Assembly (NCBI GenBank): GCA_963851415.1
Contig: CAWKPF010000002.1
Location: forward strand, 2,374,526-2,438,525
DNA length: 64,000 nucleotides
Reading direction: 5' to 3'
Source of the DNA: an uncultured Acidobacteriota bacterium
GTDB lineage: Bacteria > Acidobacteriota > Thermoanaerobaculia > Multivoradales > Multivoraceae
Made by a program: the position numbers and the translations under genes. This document shows, one piece after another, positions 54,709 through 64,000 of this stretch. The number at the start of each line of letters is the position of its first letter. The stretch's first letter is position 1. The notes below the pieces were generated by a model that worked only from the letters and a program-made list of their open reading frames with translations, was not told where the DNA came from and ran no database searches.

Positions 54709-55728
54709 TCACCTCGGCGCGCCCGAGGTCACCTGCCACTGGTTGAGTCTTCCGGACTCGAAGTTGTCGCCGAACACGGTCGCCCTCGATCTGAACCAGT
54801 CCCGTGACGTGGCGTCTGTCTTCAGGAAGTCCATCAACATTCCCGCGACCTTCGCTCGCCCGATCATCGACGGGTGCGTGCCATCGGCTCCGAGATCGCT
54901 GCAGGCGTACTCCAGGCCGTCCGAACGACCCGGTTGACCGCCCGGCTGTCCGTCCGGGCCGAGACCGTCCGCCCAGAGATACGGGCCCCACGCCAGCCAG
55001 GGAGCTCGAACCGTTCCGGCGGCGGGATTGAAGTTCAGACCCGGGTCGCCGGCCAGTTGATCCTCGATCAGCCACTTCACCGCGAACCCACCCTGATAGG
55101 CAAACGGTTCGGGGTTGAGCGGCAGATTGGCATAGCCGGCGTAGATGCGGCTGCTCAAGTAGGCGATCTCGAGGTTCGGAAAGCGCTCCTTGAGGGTCTG
55201 AACGGTGGTGCGCAGGAGGTCGCGCAGCCAGAGGCTCCGTTCCGGAAACGTCTGCGGTGAAAAGGGGCCGGCGGAGGCGGCGAGCTTGATCCAGGCGACC
55301 TGGACCTGCATCGGCGTGAGGCCGGCCGCGCTCAGCTTCGAATCGAGAAGGCTCCAGGCCAGACTCCCCGGGTCGGCCCACGAGACGGCGTCCATGCTTC
55401 CCTCCGCCCCGTTGACGGGAACGATGTGCGGCTTGATATCCGGGTCGTCGCTGGCCATCGAGATGAAGGTGTCGAACTCACCCTCTGTGTTCGACATCCC
55501 AACGGACAGCAGTCCGATCTTCCCCGAGGTGGGGGCCGCCTGTCCTTGCGGATCCAAGGGTCTGAGCGAGCGAGCGAAATACAGGCCGGCCGACTCGTGC
55601 GCTCCCGGCCGCGTGTTGGACCCGCCCGGATAGAGTCCGCCCTCTTCTCCCTGGTAGGTACCCCTGCCCAGGTCGGTGAGGGGGACCAGTCCAACGGAGG
55701 TGTTGCTGCACGCTCCCCCGGCTCCTCC
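54709..55728 (-). CDS. secreted SGNH hydrolase, copy B (N-terminally truncated, in-frame continuation of copy A)
   Basis: Block I IGLLSVGMSNT, block V DGTHPSMIGRAKVAG (DxxH). 95-100% identical at nucleotide level to 55729-56785 and 63168-64000. Confidence 0.6.
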   Translation of the reverse strand, partial: GGAGGACSNTSVGLVPLTDLGRGTYQGEEGGLYPGGSNTRPGAHESAGLYFARSLRPLDPQGQAAPTSGKIGLLSVGMSNTEGEFDTFISMASDDPDIKPHIVPVNGAEGSMDAVSWADPGSLAWSLLDSKLSAAGLTPMQVQVAWIKLAASAGPFSPQTFPERSLWLRDLLRTTVQTLKERFPNLEIAYLSSRIYAGYANLPLNPEPFAYQGGFAVKWLIEDQLAGDPGLNFNPAAGTVRAPWLAWGPYLWADGLGPDGQPGGQPGRSDGLEYACSDLGADGTHPSMIGRAKVAGMLMDFLKTDATSRDWFRSRATVFGDNFESGRLNQWQVTSGAPR

Positions 55729-56785
55729 GGTCGAGCTCGATCCGAACCAGTCCCGTGACGTGGTGTCCGTCTTCAGGAAGTCCATCAACATTCCCGCGAC
55801 CTTCGCTCGCCCGATCATCGACGGGTGCGTGCCATCGGCTCCGAGATCGCTGCAGGCGTACTCCAGGCCGTCCGAGCGGCCCGGTTGACCGCCCGGCTGT
55901 CCGTCCGGGCCGAGACCGTCCGCCCAGAGATACGGGCCCCACGCCAGCCAGGGAGCTCGAACCGTTCCGGCGGCGGGATTGAAGTTCAGACCCGGGTCGC
56001 CGGCCAGTTGATCCTCGATCAGCCACTTCACCGCGAACCCACCCTGATAGGCAAACGGTTCGGGGTTGAGCGGCAGATTGGCATAGCCGGCGTAGATGCG
56101 GCTGCTCAAGTAGGCGATCTCGAGGTTCGGAAAGCGCTCCTTGAGGGTCTGAACGGTGGTGCGCAGGAGGTCGCGCAGCCAGAGGCTCCGTTCTGGAAAC
56201 GTCTGGGGGGGAAGACGGGCCGCCCGAGGCGGCGAGCTTGATCCAGGCGACCTGGACCTGCATCGGCGTGAGGCCGGCCGCGCTCAGCTTCGAATCGAGA
56301 AGTCTCCAGGCCCGACTCCCCGGGTCGGCCCACGAAACGGCGTCCATGCTTCCCTCCGCACCGTTGACGGGAACGATGTGCGGCCCGATATCCGGGTCGT
56401 CGCTGGCCATCGAGATGAAGGTGTCGAACTCACCCTTCGTGTTCGACATCCCGACCGACAGCAGTCCGATCTTCCCCGAGGTGGGGGCCGCCTGTCCCTG
56501 CGGATCCAAGGGTCTGAGCGAGCGAGCGAGATCGAGGCCGGCCGACTCGTGCGCTCCCGGCCGGGTGTTGGACCCGCCCGGGTAGAGTCCGCCCTCCTCT
56601 CCCTGGTAGCTACCGCTGCCCAGGTCGGTGAGCGGGATCAATCCAACGGAGGTGCTGCTGCACACTCCCCCCCGGTGCACGAGGTGGGACTCGGCGCCCG
56701 CAGGGCCGGCGAGCACCATGAGTGCAACGAGGACCGTGGGCGCCAGCCCGAGCCCGAGCCTCTCCGGGCGTACTCTGAATCTCAT
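55729..56785 (-). pseudogene. secreted SGNH hydrolase, copy A (signal peptide intact; +1 frameshift in G7 tract 56205-56211; C-terminal 20 aa replaced by fusion to copy B)
   Basis: MRFRVRPERLGLGLAPTVLVALMVLAGPAGA signal with GGAGAG RBS. Copy C and copy B read …KLAAS(G/A)GP(S/F)SPQTFPERS… across cttcccccc (G6/none), whereas copy A has cttccccccc (G7), shifting the frame. Confidence 0.6.
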
Positions 56786-57022
56786 TATAGGACTCTCCAA
56801 AAATCGACAAATGCAAGATAGATCACAACCAGATCTCCCATTGTTGCCGATCTGGCGGCCCGATAGCCAGCCCCGGGGAGGGAGACCGCCGGGGGACCAC
56901 TGCGGGAACGGCCCGGTTCTCGAGGGCGTCGCGCTACGGAAGCGGCTCGTATGCAGGTACCTTCGAGGCTCGCGCCGAAGTGGATTCCGATCGATTCTGT
57001 CGGAGTTCTAGGAGCACAGTGC

Positions 57023-57260
57023 TCCGTGCGGCGTGACGAGCGGGAGCGTCCCGGCGAGCTGCTGCACCTGGGCACCAAGAAGCTCGCCCGGATCCCGAAG
57101 GGCCCGGGGCCCATCGGCATCCATGGGGATCGCTCTCGGCGGGTCAAGGGGGCTGGGAGCACGCCCACGCGGCCGTGGACGACCACACTCGCCTCGCTCT
57201 CATCGAGGTCCTACCGGACGAGTCGGTGACGCGCTTCCTGCGCCGTTGCGTGGCGGGTAC
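57023..57260 (+). mobile_element. IS481-family transposase remnant (rve integrase-core fragment, truncated at both ends, one frameshift)
   Basis: Frame 1: …VRRDERERPGELLHLGTKKLARIPKGPGPIGIHGDRSRRVKG. Frame 3: (GWEHAHAA)VDDHTRLALIEVLPDESVTRFL. Compare IS481 …PGELVHIDVKKLGRIPDGGGWRAHGR…GYDYVHSAVDDHSRLAYSEILPDEKGATAAAFL. Frameshift at aagggggctgg (~57146). Confidence 0.55.
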
Positions 57261-57354
57261 GCCGAGCTGGATCTGCTACTGCAAATCTCGAGAGGTCTCC
57301 CCCATGGCACAGACTCCGAGCCGCCGCCTGAACAACCTCATGAGACGTAACATC

Positions 57355-57399
<45 letters not shown>

Positions 57400-57526
57400 C
57401 CCTTCCATCGAGCCCCCATGTACTGGCAGCGAAGCCGCAGGCGGGCTCGACCATCCCGCTTGGAGTTGGAAACCCGACGCGACGAACGGGAGGTCACCCT
57501 TGGGTGCTCCCGCTCGTCGCGAGGGA

Positions 57527-58978
57527 TCAGGGCAGGGTGTAGGTCACCACCAGCTCGGGATAGTTCGCCGAACTGGGAGTCTCTCCGGAGTAGTAACCGA
57601 ACGCGTCGTTGGCTTCGTCGTCGTCGTCGTCGAGCTCGAAGTACACCCGCATCTGGGTGATGCCGGTGGGGTCGATGGCCGCCAGGCCAGCGCTGTCGAG
57701 CGTGCCTTCGGACCAGTCGCGAATGTTCGGGGCCCCTGACAGGGTCGCCGACTGCGTCACCGTCGCCGGGCTCTCGAAGTCGCTCGGCTGCAAGGCCGGA
57801 TTGCCGCTGAAGCCACCGGTCTGCACGTCGACGTGACAGGCTCCGAGTGCCAAGAACGGATTTCCCCCGAATTGAGGACCGCGCCGAATCCTGAGGGTCG
57901 CCATCTCGATCACCGCGCCCTCGGGTAGCAGCGACGTGTCGAAAGAGAAGATCGCCTTGATCTGCTTGTCCAACCCGTCGTCGCCGATCCGCACGGCCGG
58001 CCCCTGACTGATGACACCACCGACGTTGCTGTCCTCGCTCGACTCGAACACGGTACCGTCGTCGGCGCCGATGGAATAGAGGATCATCTCCTGCACTCCG
58101 CCAGCGGGACCGACGACCAGCGAGATCGAGTCGACGTTGACGTTGCCGTCGGCATCGGTCGCGGTAGCCGTGATCAGGTGCGAGCCCTCCGAAAGAGCGG
58201 CGGAGAACGAGCCTCCGGTGCCGATGGCGCCGTCGAGGCTCGACTCCCAGGCCAGACTTGCCGTGACGTCACCGTCCTTCGCGTCGTTCGCCGACCCGAG
58301 GAAGGCGATGAGCTCGCCCGCATCGAAGGGCTCGCCGTCCGTCGGTGCGCCGATGGTCACCACCGGTGCCGCCGTGCCCTCGAAATAGCTCAGCGCGTGA
58401 TCGAACGCTTCCGGACCGATGGCGTAGCCCATGAGGCGCCCGGGAATGTCGTCCGCCGGCGGATGGATGCCGCCCCAGATGCGCGAGAGGCTCGTCTGGT
58501 CCGACGCGTCGTGGTAGGTCGCCCACTGCAGCGTCGATCGTCCACGCTCGGGCCGTCCTCGAACACGAGGAACTCGTTCTGCGGCGCCGGGAACTCGCCG
58601 AGCCCGCCCGGGAAGTACGTCGAGCCCGTGAGCAGCGTCATGCACCTCGGCGGCCGCGCGGCTGTAGGTGCTGTGCCCGGAGACGTAGCCGGCGAAGGGC
58701 GGCGTCACGAAGGTCGGCCGCTGATAGGGCCACCAGTCCTCGGCGAGGATCCAGCCGACGCCGGCGACGTCGGTCGTCCGGGTCTGCGATGAAGTCGGGG
58801 CCGCGCCAGGCGCGGATCGCGATCTTGCCGACGTCGCGCGGCGAGGTGCTCGTGGCGCTCGCCCGGCGCGCTGCTCGTCGGCCGTGACGACCTCGATCGA
58901 AGCCCGGACGCAGCGCGATGCCGTCCGGGTCGTAGCGACGGGACCTGGCGGATCGGAGCACTGGCCGCGCTCGGCCAT
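57527..58978 (-). CDS. intact C-terminal portion of a secreted PAP2/vanadium-haloperoxidase-like protein (PAP2 motifs, Ig-like domain, conserved ~170-aa beta-sandwich domain)
   Basis: PAP2 signature pieces …YQRPTF…VSGHST…SRIWGGIHPPADD (KxxxxxxRP…PSGH…SRxxxxxHxxxD). Ig-like segment …AWESSLDGAIGTGGSFSAALSEGSHLITATATDADGNV…. Ends …MRVYFELDDDDDEANDAFGYYSGETPSSANYPELVVTYTLP. Confidence 0.55.
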   Translation of the reverse strand: MAERGQCSDPPGPVATTRTASRCVRASIEVVTADEQRAGRAPRAPRRATSARSRSAPGAAPTSSQTRTTDVAGVGWILAEDWWPYQRPTFVTPPFAGYVSGHSTYSRAAAEVHDAAHGLDVLPGRARRVPGAAERVPRVRGRPERGRSTLQWATYHDASDQTSLSRIWGGIHPPADDIPGRLMGYAIGPEAFDHALSYFEGTAAPVVTIGAPTDGEPFDAGELIAFLGSANDAKDGDVTASLAWESSLDGAIGTGGSFSAALSEGSHLITATATDADGNVNVDSISLVVGPAGGVQEMILYSIGADDGTVFESSEDSNVGGVISQGPAVRIGDDGLDKQIKAIFSFDTSLLPEGAVIEMATLRIRRGPQFGGNPFLALGACHVDVQTGGFSGNPALQPSDFESPATVTQSATLSGAPNIRDWSEGTLDSAGLAAIDPTGITQMRVYFELDDDDDEANDAFGYYSGETPSSANYPELVVTYTLP

Positions 58979-60190
58979 GGTAGCGGATCGCGGAGATCGG
59001 ACGGATGTAGTCGTACCAGCCCTTGATGCCCCAGGCGGCGATCGCCACGTCGTGCATCGCGCCGCCGAGCATGAGGTAGACCTTCACGTCCCACTCGAGG
59101 TCGTCGAGCGATCGGCCCCGTCCCGCCGATGCGCTTCTCGACGAGCGGATGATCGGTGACGTAGTTGGCGATCGTGAACCAGTGCCCGGGCGGCGTCTCG
59201 GAGTCCGGGCCGTCGGCCCAGAACTCGGCGAGCACGCGCGCGTAGTCGCCGCGCGGGCACGATCTGCGGCGTGTAGGGCTGGCCGGTCACCGGGTTCACG
59301 GGTAGCCCGTGCCCCAGTCGCCGCCGTCCTCGAAGTCGTAGTAGGCCGCCAGTCGCCCGGATCCGGCAGCGGGCGTTGCCGATCGAGGCGGGCGAGATGT
59401 CGATCATCACGCCGTCGGTCGGGTCGAGGTGGCCGACTCCAGACGACGCCGACCATGCTCGAAGCCGTCCAGGTAGTCGTCGCCGTCGGCGGCCGAGCAG
59501 CGGCGGCGGCCCCGGATCGTGGTAGACCCAGTAGTCGAAGCCGTCGCGCGTGGTAGATCGTCAGGTCGTCGGGCGTCGAGCGCGAACGGCGTCGACCTGG
59601 CCCCACTCCGGGACTCAGGAATGGCGGGAAGCCGCCGGGGATCGGGTTGCCGCACTGGTCGATGAAGAAGTCGAGCGCGAGCGGCTGCCAGCGGTTCGGA
59701 TCGACCAGGTCCGGGTTGCCGGGCAGCGCCGGCGAGCAGCGGCGGGTTGACCGGCTCGTAGTACAGGTTCGCGTAGCCGTTCGGCCTCGTTCGAGCCGTC
59801 GGCGAGGCCGAACGCGATGCACGGCCGCGGCGATGCGGTTGCCGAGCGCCGCGGGCGGTCGCGTCGCCCGCGGTCGTCGTGAATCGCGTGTCGTAGCCGA
59901 GCTCGGCCATCCGATCGTCGCACGAGACGGCAGTGATACGCGCGCCCGGCGAGCTCGCGAAGCGGCAGCTCAGGATGCGGTAGGCCGCGTAGCTGATCGC
60001 CTCTTCGCGGGCCGCCGGCACGTCCGCCGCCGTGGCGCTCTCGTCGTGGAGGATCGTGGTCGGCCGTGCCGTCGTAGGCCGCCCAGGCGTCCCACATCGC
60101 CACCGAGACGTGGAAGAGGTTGCGCGCGTGCACCGTCGGCCGCGCGAAGTCGCGGCGGATCGCCGTCGAGCAGCTCCTCGTTCCACTGCC
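57527..60190 (-). pseudogene. PAP2/vanadium-haloperoxidase-like gene whose 5' two-thirds (58500-60200) is scattered over at least 4 reading frames
   Basis: Real-looking haloperoxidase pieces in different frames: ARNLFHVSVAMWDAWAAYDG (59615-60445 frame), YANLYYEPVNPPL (59407-60186 frame), LDDLEWDVKVYLMLGGAMHDVAIAAWGIKGWYDYIRPISAIRYHG (58638-59822 frame), LAEFWADGPDSETPPGHWFTIANYVTDHPLVEKR (58705-59235 frame). Confidence 0.45.
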
Positions 60191-62974
60191 GGGCGACGGA
60201 ACCCTCGGTCTCGACGGCGAAGTACGACACGACCAGCTGAGGTCGGGACGCGGAATCGGCGGCCTCGCCAGGATAGTAGCTGACGAAGTCGGTGAGGTTG
60301 TCGTCATCGTCATCGATCTCGAAGTAGACCCGCATCTGGGTCGTGCCGGTGCGACTGATGGCGGACAGACCGAGAAGATCGAGCGTGGCTTCGGACCAAT
60401 CACCGTTGGCCGAGGCCGAGGAGAGAACCGCCGCTCGCGGCGCATCCGCAGCAGCCTGGAAGTCGGAGGCCTGAAGGGCCGGATTCCCGCTGAAGCCGCC
60501 CGTCTTCACGTCGACATAGGCAGTGCCATGCGTAGTGAACGGATCGGACCCCCCGGATCCGCCGCGCTGGATTCGCAGGACCGCAGACTCGATCACCGCT
60601 CCTGCGGGTAGCACGGACGTGTCGAACGAGAACACGGCGACGGTCTGACGGTCCTCGTTGTCGTCGCCGATCCGAATCGCGCCACCGCCCGACAGGCTCT
60701 GGTTGAAGACCCCTCCGACGCCGCTGTCCTCGCTCGACTCGAAGACCCTTCCGTCCTCGGTACCGATCGACAGCAACGTCTTCTCGATCGTCTCACCCGT
60801 CGGAACGGTCACGTCGATGATCACGGAGTCCTCGGCCAGATTGCCGTCGCCATCGACCACCGATGCGGTGATCTCGTGCGTGCCTTCGGTCAGCGACACG
60901 GAGAGGTTGCCCCCGATGCCGAGATCGCCGTCGCGATCGGAGGTCCAAAGAATGCTCCCCGCCAGATTACCGTCCTCTGTATCGCTGGCAGTGCCGGCGA
61001 AGTCGATGAGCGTGCCGGTCGTGGAGGTCGAACCATCCGCAGGGGAGGTGATCGTCACCGTGGGAGGAAAGCCCCCCGCCGGAGTGACCACGAGATTGAC
61101 CGCGGCCTGCCCGACATTGCCGTCGATGTCGGTGACGGAGGCGAGGATCACATGCGCGCCCTCCGACAGCACCGCCGAAAAGCTGCCTCCCGAACCGATG
61201 GCTCCGTCGAGGCTCGACGTCCACGTGAGATCGCTCGAAAGATCGCCCTCGTCGGGGTCGTCGGCACTGCCCTCGAAGTCGATCAGATCGCCCGCCATGA
61301 ACAGCGCACCCTGGCTCGGCTGGACGATGGTGACCACCGGCAGCTCGGCAACCTCCTGCACCGTGTAGACCTGGTTCACTGCGACGCCGACCAGCGAGGT
61401 GTCCACCAATCCGCTCGGCCAGAAGACCTCGACCAGATCGACCACTGCCGCATCGCCGAGGCCGAACGACAGCCGCAGGCTGTCCTGGGAGTGCGCGCTG
61501 CTGCCACCCAGCACCTGCCGCACGTATTGATTGCCACCGGCAGTGACGCGGACCAGAGCGCCAATGGCGCTCCTGTTCGAAGCGCCCGGAGTCCCAGCGC
61601 CCTGGAGATCGAACTGCACCCAGTTGTTGGTCGGCGCGGTGTCGTTGCGCAGAAGCTGAACCGTTCTTCCATGTTGCACGACGATGATGTCGACATCTCC
61701 GTCCCGGTCGTAGTCGGCAATCGCGCTTCCTCGACCCTGGCTCCCGCTTCGACTGGGAATCCCGACCTTGGTGAACGTACCGTCACCATTGTTCCGGAAC
61801 AGGTCGTTGGACCCTGAAGCGATCCGCGACACGAAGAGGTCCTCGTACCCGTCGCTGTCCACATCCACGAAGTTCGCCCCCCACGACTTGGCGGACGCGA
61901 TCCCACGATCACAGGCCGAGTCGTCCGCGAAAAGGATGCTGGCGCCACCGAGATTCTCGTACAAGGCGTTCGTGCCGCCGCAGGAGTTCAGCGGCTCCCA
62001 ATCCGTGACGTAGACATCGAAGTCGCCGTCGAGGTCGATGTCCCCGATGGTGAGCCCCATCGCGAAGCGGGAGTCGTTACCGACGCCTAGCGAGTCGCCG
62101 GCCACGTCCAGGAATCCTGTTCCGTTCTGGTTCTCGAAGATCTGGTCCTGATCCTGGGGCGTGATGTTGCCCACGTAGACATCGGGCCAAAGGTCGGAGT
62201 TCAGGTGGCCCGCGATCGTCACCAGAGCATCCCGGATGATCAAATCGAGACCGACCTGCGTCGAGACATCCTCGAACTGGCCGTTGCCGAGATTGCGAAA
62301 GAGTCGGTCCTGCACCCAGGGACTGTTGTTGCCCTCATTCCAGTGCCCGACGTAAAGGTCGACGTAGCCGTCGCGATCGTAGTCGAGCCAGTTGGCGCTG
62401 ACCGAGACGTACGACGGGCCATCCGGCAACGGGGACGGCAACAGATCATCGACCCCGGCCGCCGCGGCGACCTCCTCGAACAGGGGCTCCCCCGGGATCA
62501 CCTGATGTCCGTTTTCCACCCAGAGGTTGCGCAGCAGCTGATTCGGAGGCGAGCCGTTGCCCTTTTTGGTCCCTTGGACGGGCACCGCAACGTAGATGTA
62601 GATGTCCTGATCACCGTCGTTGTCGTAGTCGGCAAAGACAGAGCCCATCATCTCGATCGCGGGGTCCAGCGGCAGCAGCTCGTCCACATTGGTGAAGGTG
62701 CCGCCGTCGTTGCGGAACAGGTGATACGGCATATTCGTGGTGCGTCCATGCCGTTGACCGCGAACAGGTCGTCCCAGCCGTCGTTGTTGAAGTCGATCCA
62801 GTTCAATCCGAGGCCGTGGAAGGACTCGGCGACGAACACGTATCCATTCAGACCCTGTGCGGCGGTCTGATCCGTCAGGACGATCGCGGGGCTTTGCGCC
62901 GCGAGCGGGGCCACGAGCCCGACGGTAAGGATCAGAATCAGCAACGGCTCGATCATCTCTCTCTGCGATCTCAT
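60190..62974 (-). CDS. very large secreted CRTAC1-like multidomain protein (FG-GAP/VCBS propeller, ASPIC/UnbV, three Ig-like domains, ~170-aa beta-sandwich domain); frameshift near 62735; possibly continuous with the haloperoxidase-like gene downstream
   Basis: Signal MRSQREMIEPLLILILTVGLVAPLAAQS (ORF 62648-63133) ending …NNDGWDDLFAVNGMDAP, then frame switch to MPYHLFRNDGGTFTNV… (ORF 59970-62732). Repeated D(Y/F)DxDGxxD motifs; ASPIC/UnbV block …SNRSAIGALVRVTAGGNQYVRQVLGGSSAHSQDSLRLSFGLG…; Ig-like repeats …SSLDGAIGSGGSFSAVLSEGAHVILASVTDIDGNV…. The domain …LLSIGTEDGRVFESSEDSGVGGV…MRVYFEIDDDDDNLTDFVSYYPGE…PQLVVSY also occurs in 57527-58978. Confidence 0.55.
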
Positions 62975-63167
62975 GGGCGTCCTCTCACGAATCCGCGGCT
63001 GCGGACACTGAAGAAATGAACTGATTCGGAACAGCTCATATCGATACTGCAAGGAACATGCCCAACGAGCACGGCTGGCCGCCCCTCCAGAGATGGCCGG
63101 GGGCTCCTGAGAGGAGAGCCGGATCGAGCGCACCGAACCGTGGCGAGCTCGGCTACTGCGGGACGGC

Positions 63168-64000
63168 TCAGTGCCCGCGGACCTCGAGCATGCCGAGCTC
63201 CCTCACGGAGAGCGCGCCCGAGGTCACCTGCCACTGGTTGAGGTTTCCGGACTCGAAGTCGTCGCCGAACACGGTCGAGCTCGATCCGAACCAGTCCCGT
63301 GACGTGGCGTCTGTCTTCAGGAAGTCCATCAACATTCCCGCGACCTTCGCTCGCCCGATCATCGACGGGTGCGTGCCATCGGCTCCGAGATCGCTGCAGG
63401 CGTACTCCAGGCCGTCCGAACGACCCGGTTGACCGCCCGGCTGTCCGTCCGGGCCGAGACCGTCCGCCCAGAGATACGGGCCCCACGCCAGCCAGGGAGC
63501 TCGAACCGTTCCGGCGGCGGGATTGAAGTTCAGACCCGGGTCGCCGGCCAGTTGATCCTCGATCAGCCACTTCACCGCGAACCCACCCTGATAGGCAAAC
63601 GGTTCGGGGTTGAGCGGCAGATTGGCATAGCCGGCGTAGATGCGGCTGCTCAAGTAGGCGATCTCGAGGTTCGGAAAGCGCTCCTTGAGGGTCTGAACGG
63701 TGGTGCGCAGGAGGTCGCGCAGCCAGACGCTCCGTTCTGGAAACGTCTGGGGGGAAGACGGGCCGCCCGAGGCGGCGAGCTTGATCCAGGCGACCTGGAC
63801 CTGCATCGACGTGAGGCCGGCCGCGCTCAGCTTCGAATCGAGAAGGCTCCAGGCCCGACTTCCCGGGTCGGCCCACGAGACGGCGTCCATGCTTCCCTCC
63901 GCCCCGTTGACGGGAACGATGTGCGGCTCGATATCCGGGTCGTCGCTGGCCATCGAGATGAAGGTGTCGAACTCACCCTTCGTGTTCGACATCCCGACCG
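63168..64000 (-). CDS. secreted SGNH hydrolase, copy C (intact C-terminus; N-terminus beyond window end)
   Basis: …GMSNTKGEFDTFISMASDDPDIEPHIVPVNGAEGSMDAV…DGTHPSMIGRAKVAGMLMDFLKTDATSRDWFGSSSTVFGDDFESGNLNQWQVTSGA…. The only copy retaining the ancestral C-terminal tail. Confidence 0.7.
   Translation of the reverse strand, partial: VGMSNTKGEFDTFISMASDDPDIEPHIVPVNGAEGSMDAVSWADPGSRAWSLLDSKLSAAGLTSMQVQVAWIKLAASGGPSSPQTFPERSVWLRDLLRTTVQTLKERFPNLEIAYLSSRIYAGYANLPLNPEPFAYQGGFAVKWLIEDQLAGDPGLNFNPAAGTVRAPWLAWGPYLWADGLGPDGQPGGQPGRSDGLEYACSDLGADGTHPSMIGRAKVAGMLMDFLKTDATSRDWFGSSSTVFGDDFESGNLNQWQVTSGALSVRELGMLEVRGH

Noticed and set aside
54549-54937. Short + strand ORFs in 54549-55260 and 55676-56241
   Set aside because: Antisense to the SGNH hydrolase copies; repeated because the underlying DNA is duplicated.

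Overview
This is a high-GC (~68%), gene-dense bacterial chromosomal segment, Gram-negative in style (RND efflux, Dsb/TlpA periplasmic redox proteins, type IV pilus genes). Coding is on both strands with many 4-nt ATGA/TGATG overlaps; most long ORFs on the opposite strand are antisense shadows. Recognisable core genes: trmB (partial), manC-like, tmk-holB, modABC, pilT-pilC-pilS-pilR, moeA, ggt, a SulP transporter, an RND pump with its adaptor, and an ArnT-like GT39. Beyond those, the window contains: (i) a tRNA-Sec (selC) gene, plus a TlpA/ResA-type thioredoxin-fold gene whose CxxC motif reads W-U-P-F-C with an in-frame TGA and a SECIS-like hairpin 10 nt downstream; (ii) a Dlt-like cell-surface acylation module: an MBOAT fused to an SGNH-like domain, a DltC-like carrier protein, a DltA-like adenylating enzyme and an acyl-CoA-dehydrogenase-family enzyme; (iii) an AsnB-like / radical-SAM / flavin-halogenase-like trio lying directly upstream of modABC on the same strand; (iv) a variable 3' region (54.7-64 kb) with three near-identical SGNH hydrolase copies (two fused in tandem, one with a G7 frameshift), an IS481-type transposase remnant, an (AG)17 microsatellite and a frameshift-riddled giant secreted multidomain gene; and (v) an orphan internal groEL fragment in an intergenic region. 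No rRNA or CRISPR array was seen. All assignments are by-eye motif recognition without database searches.
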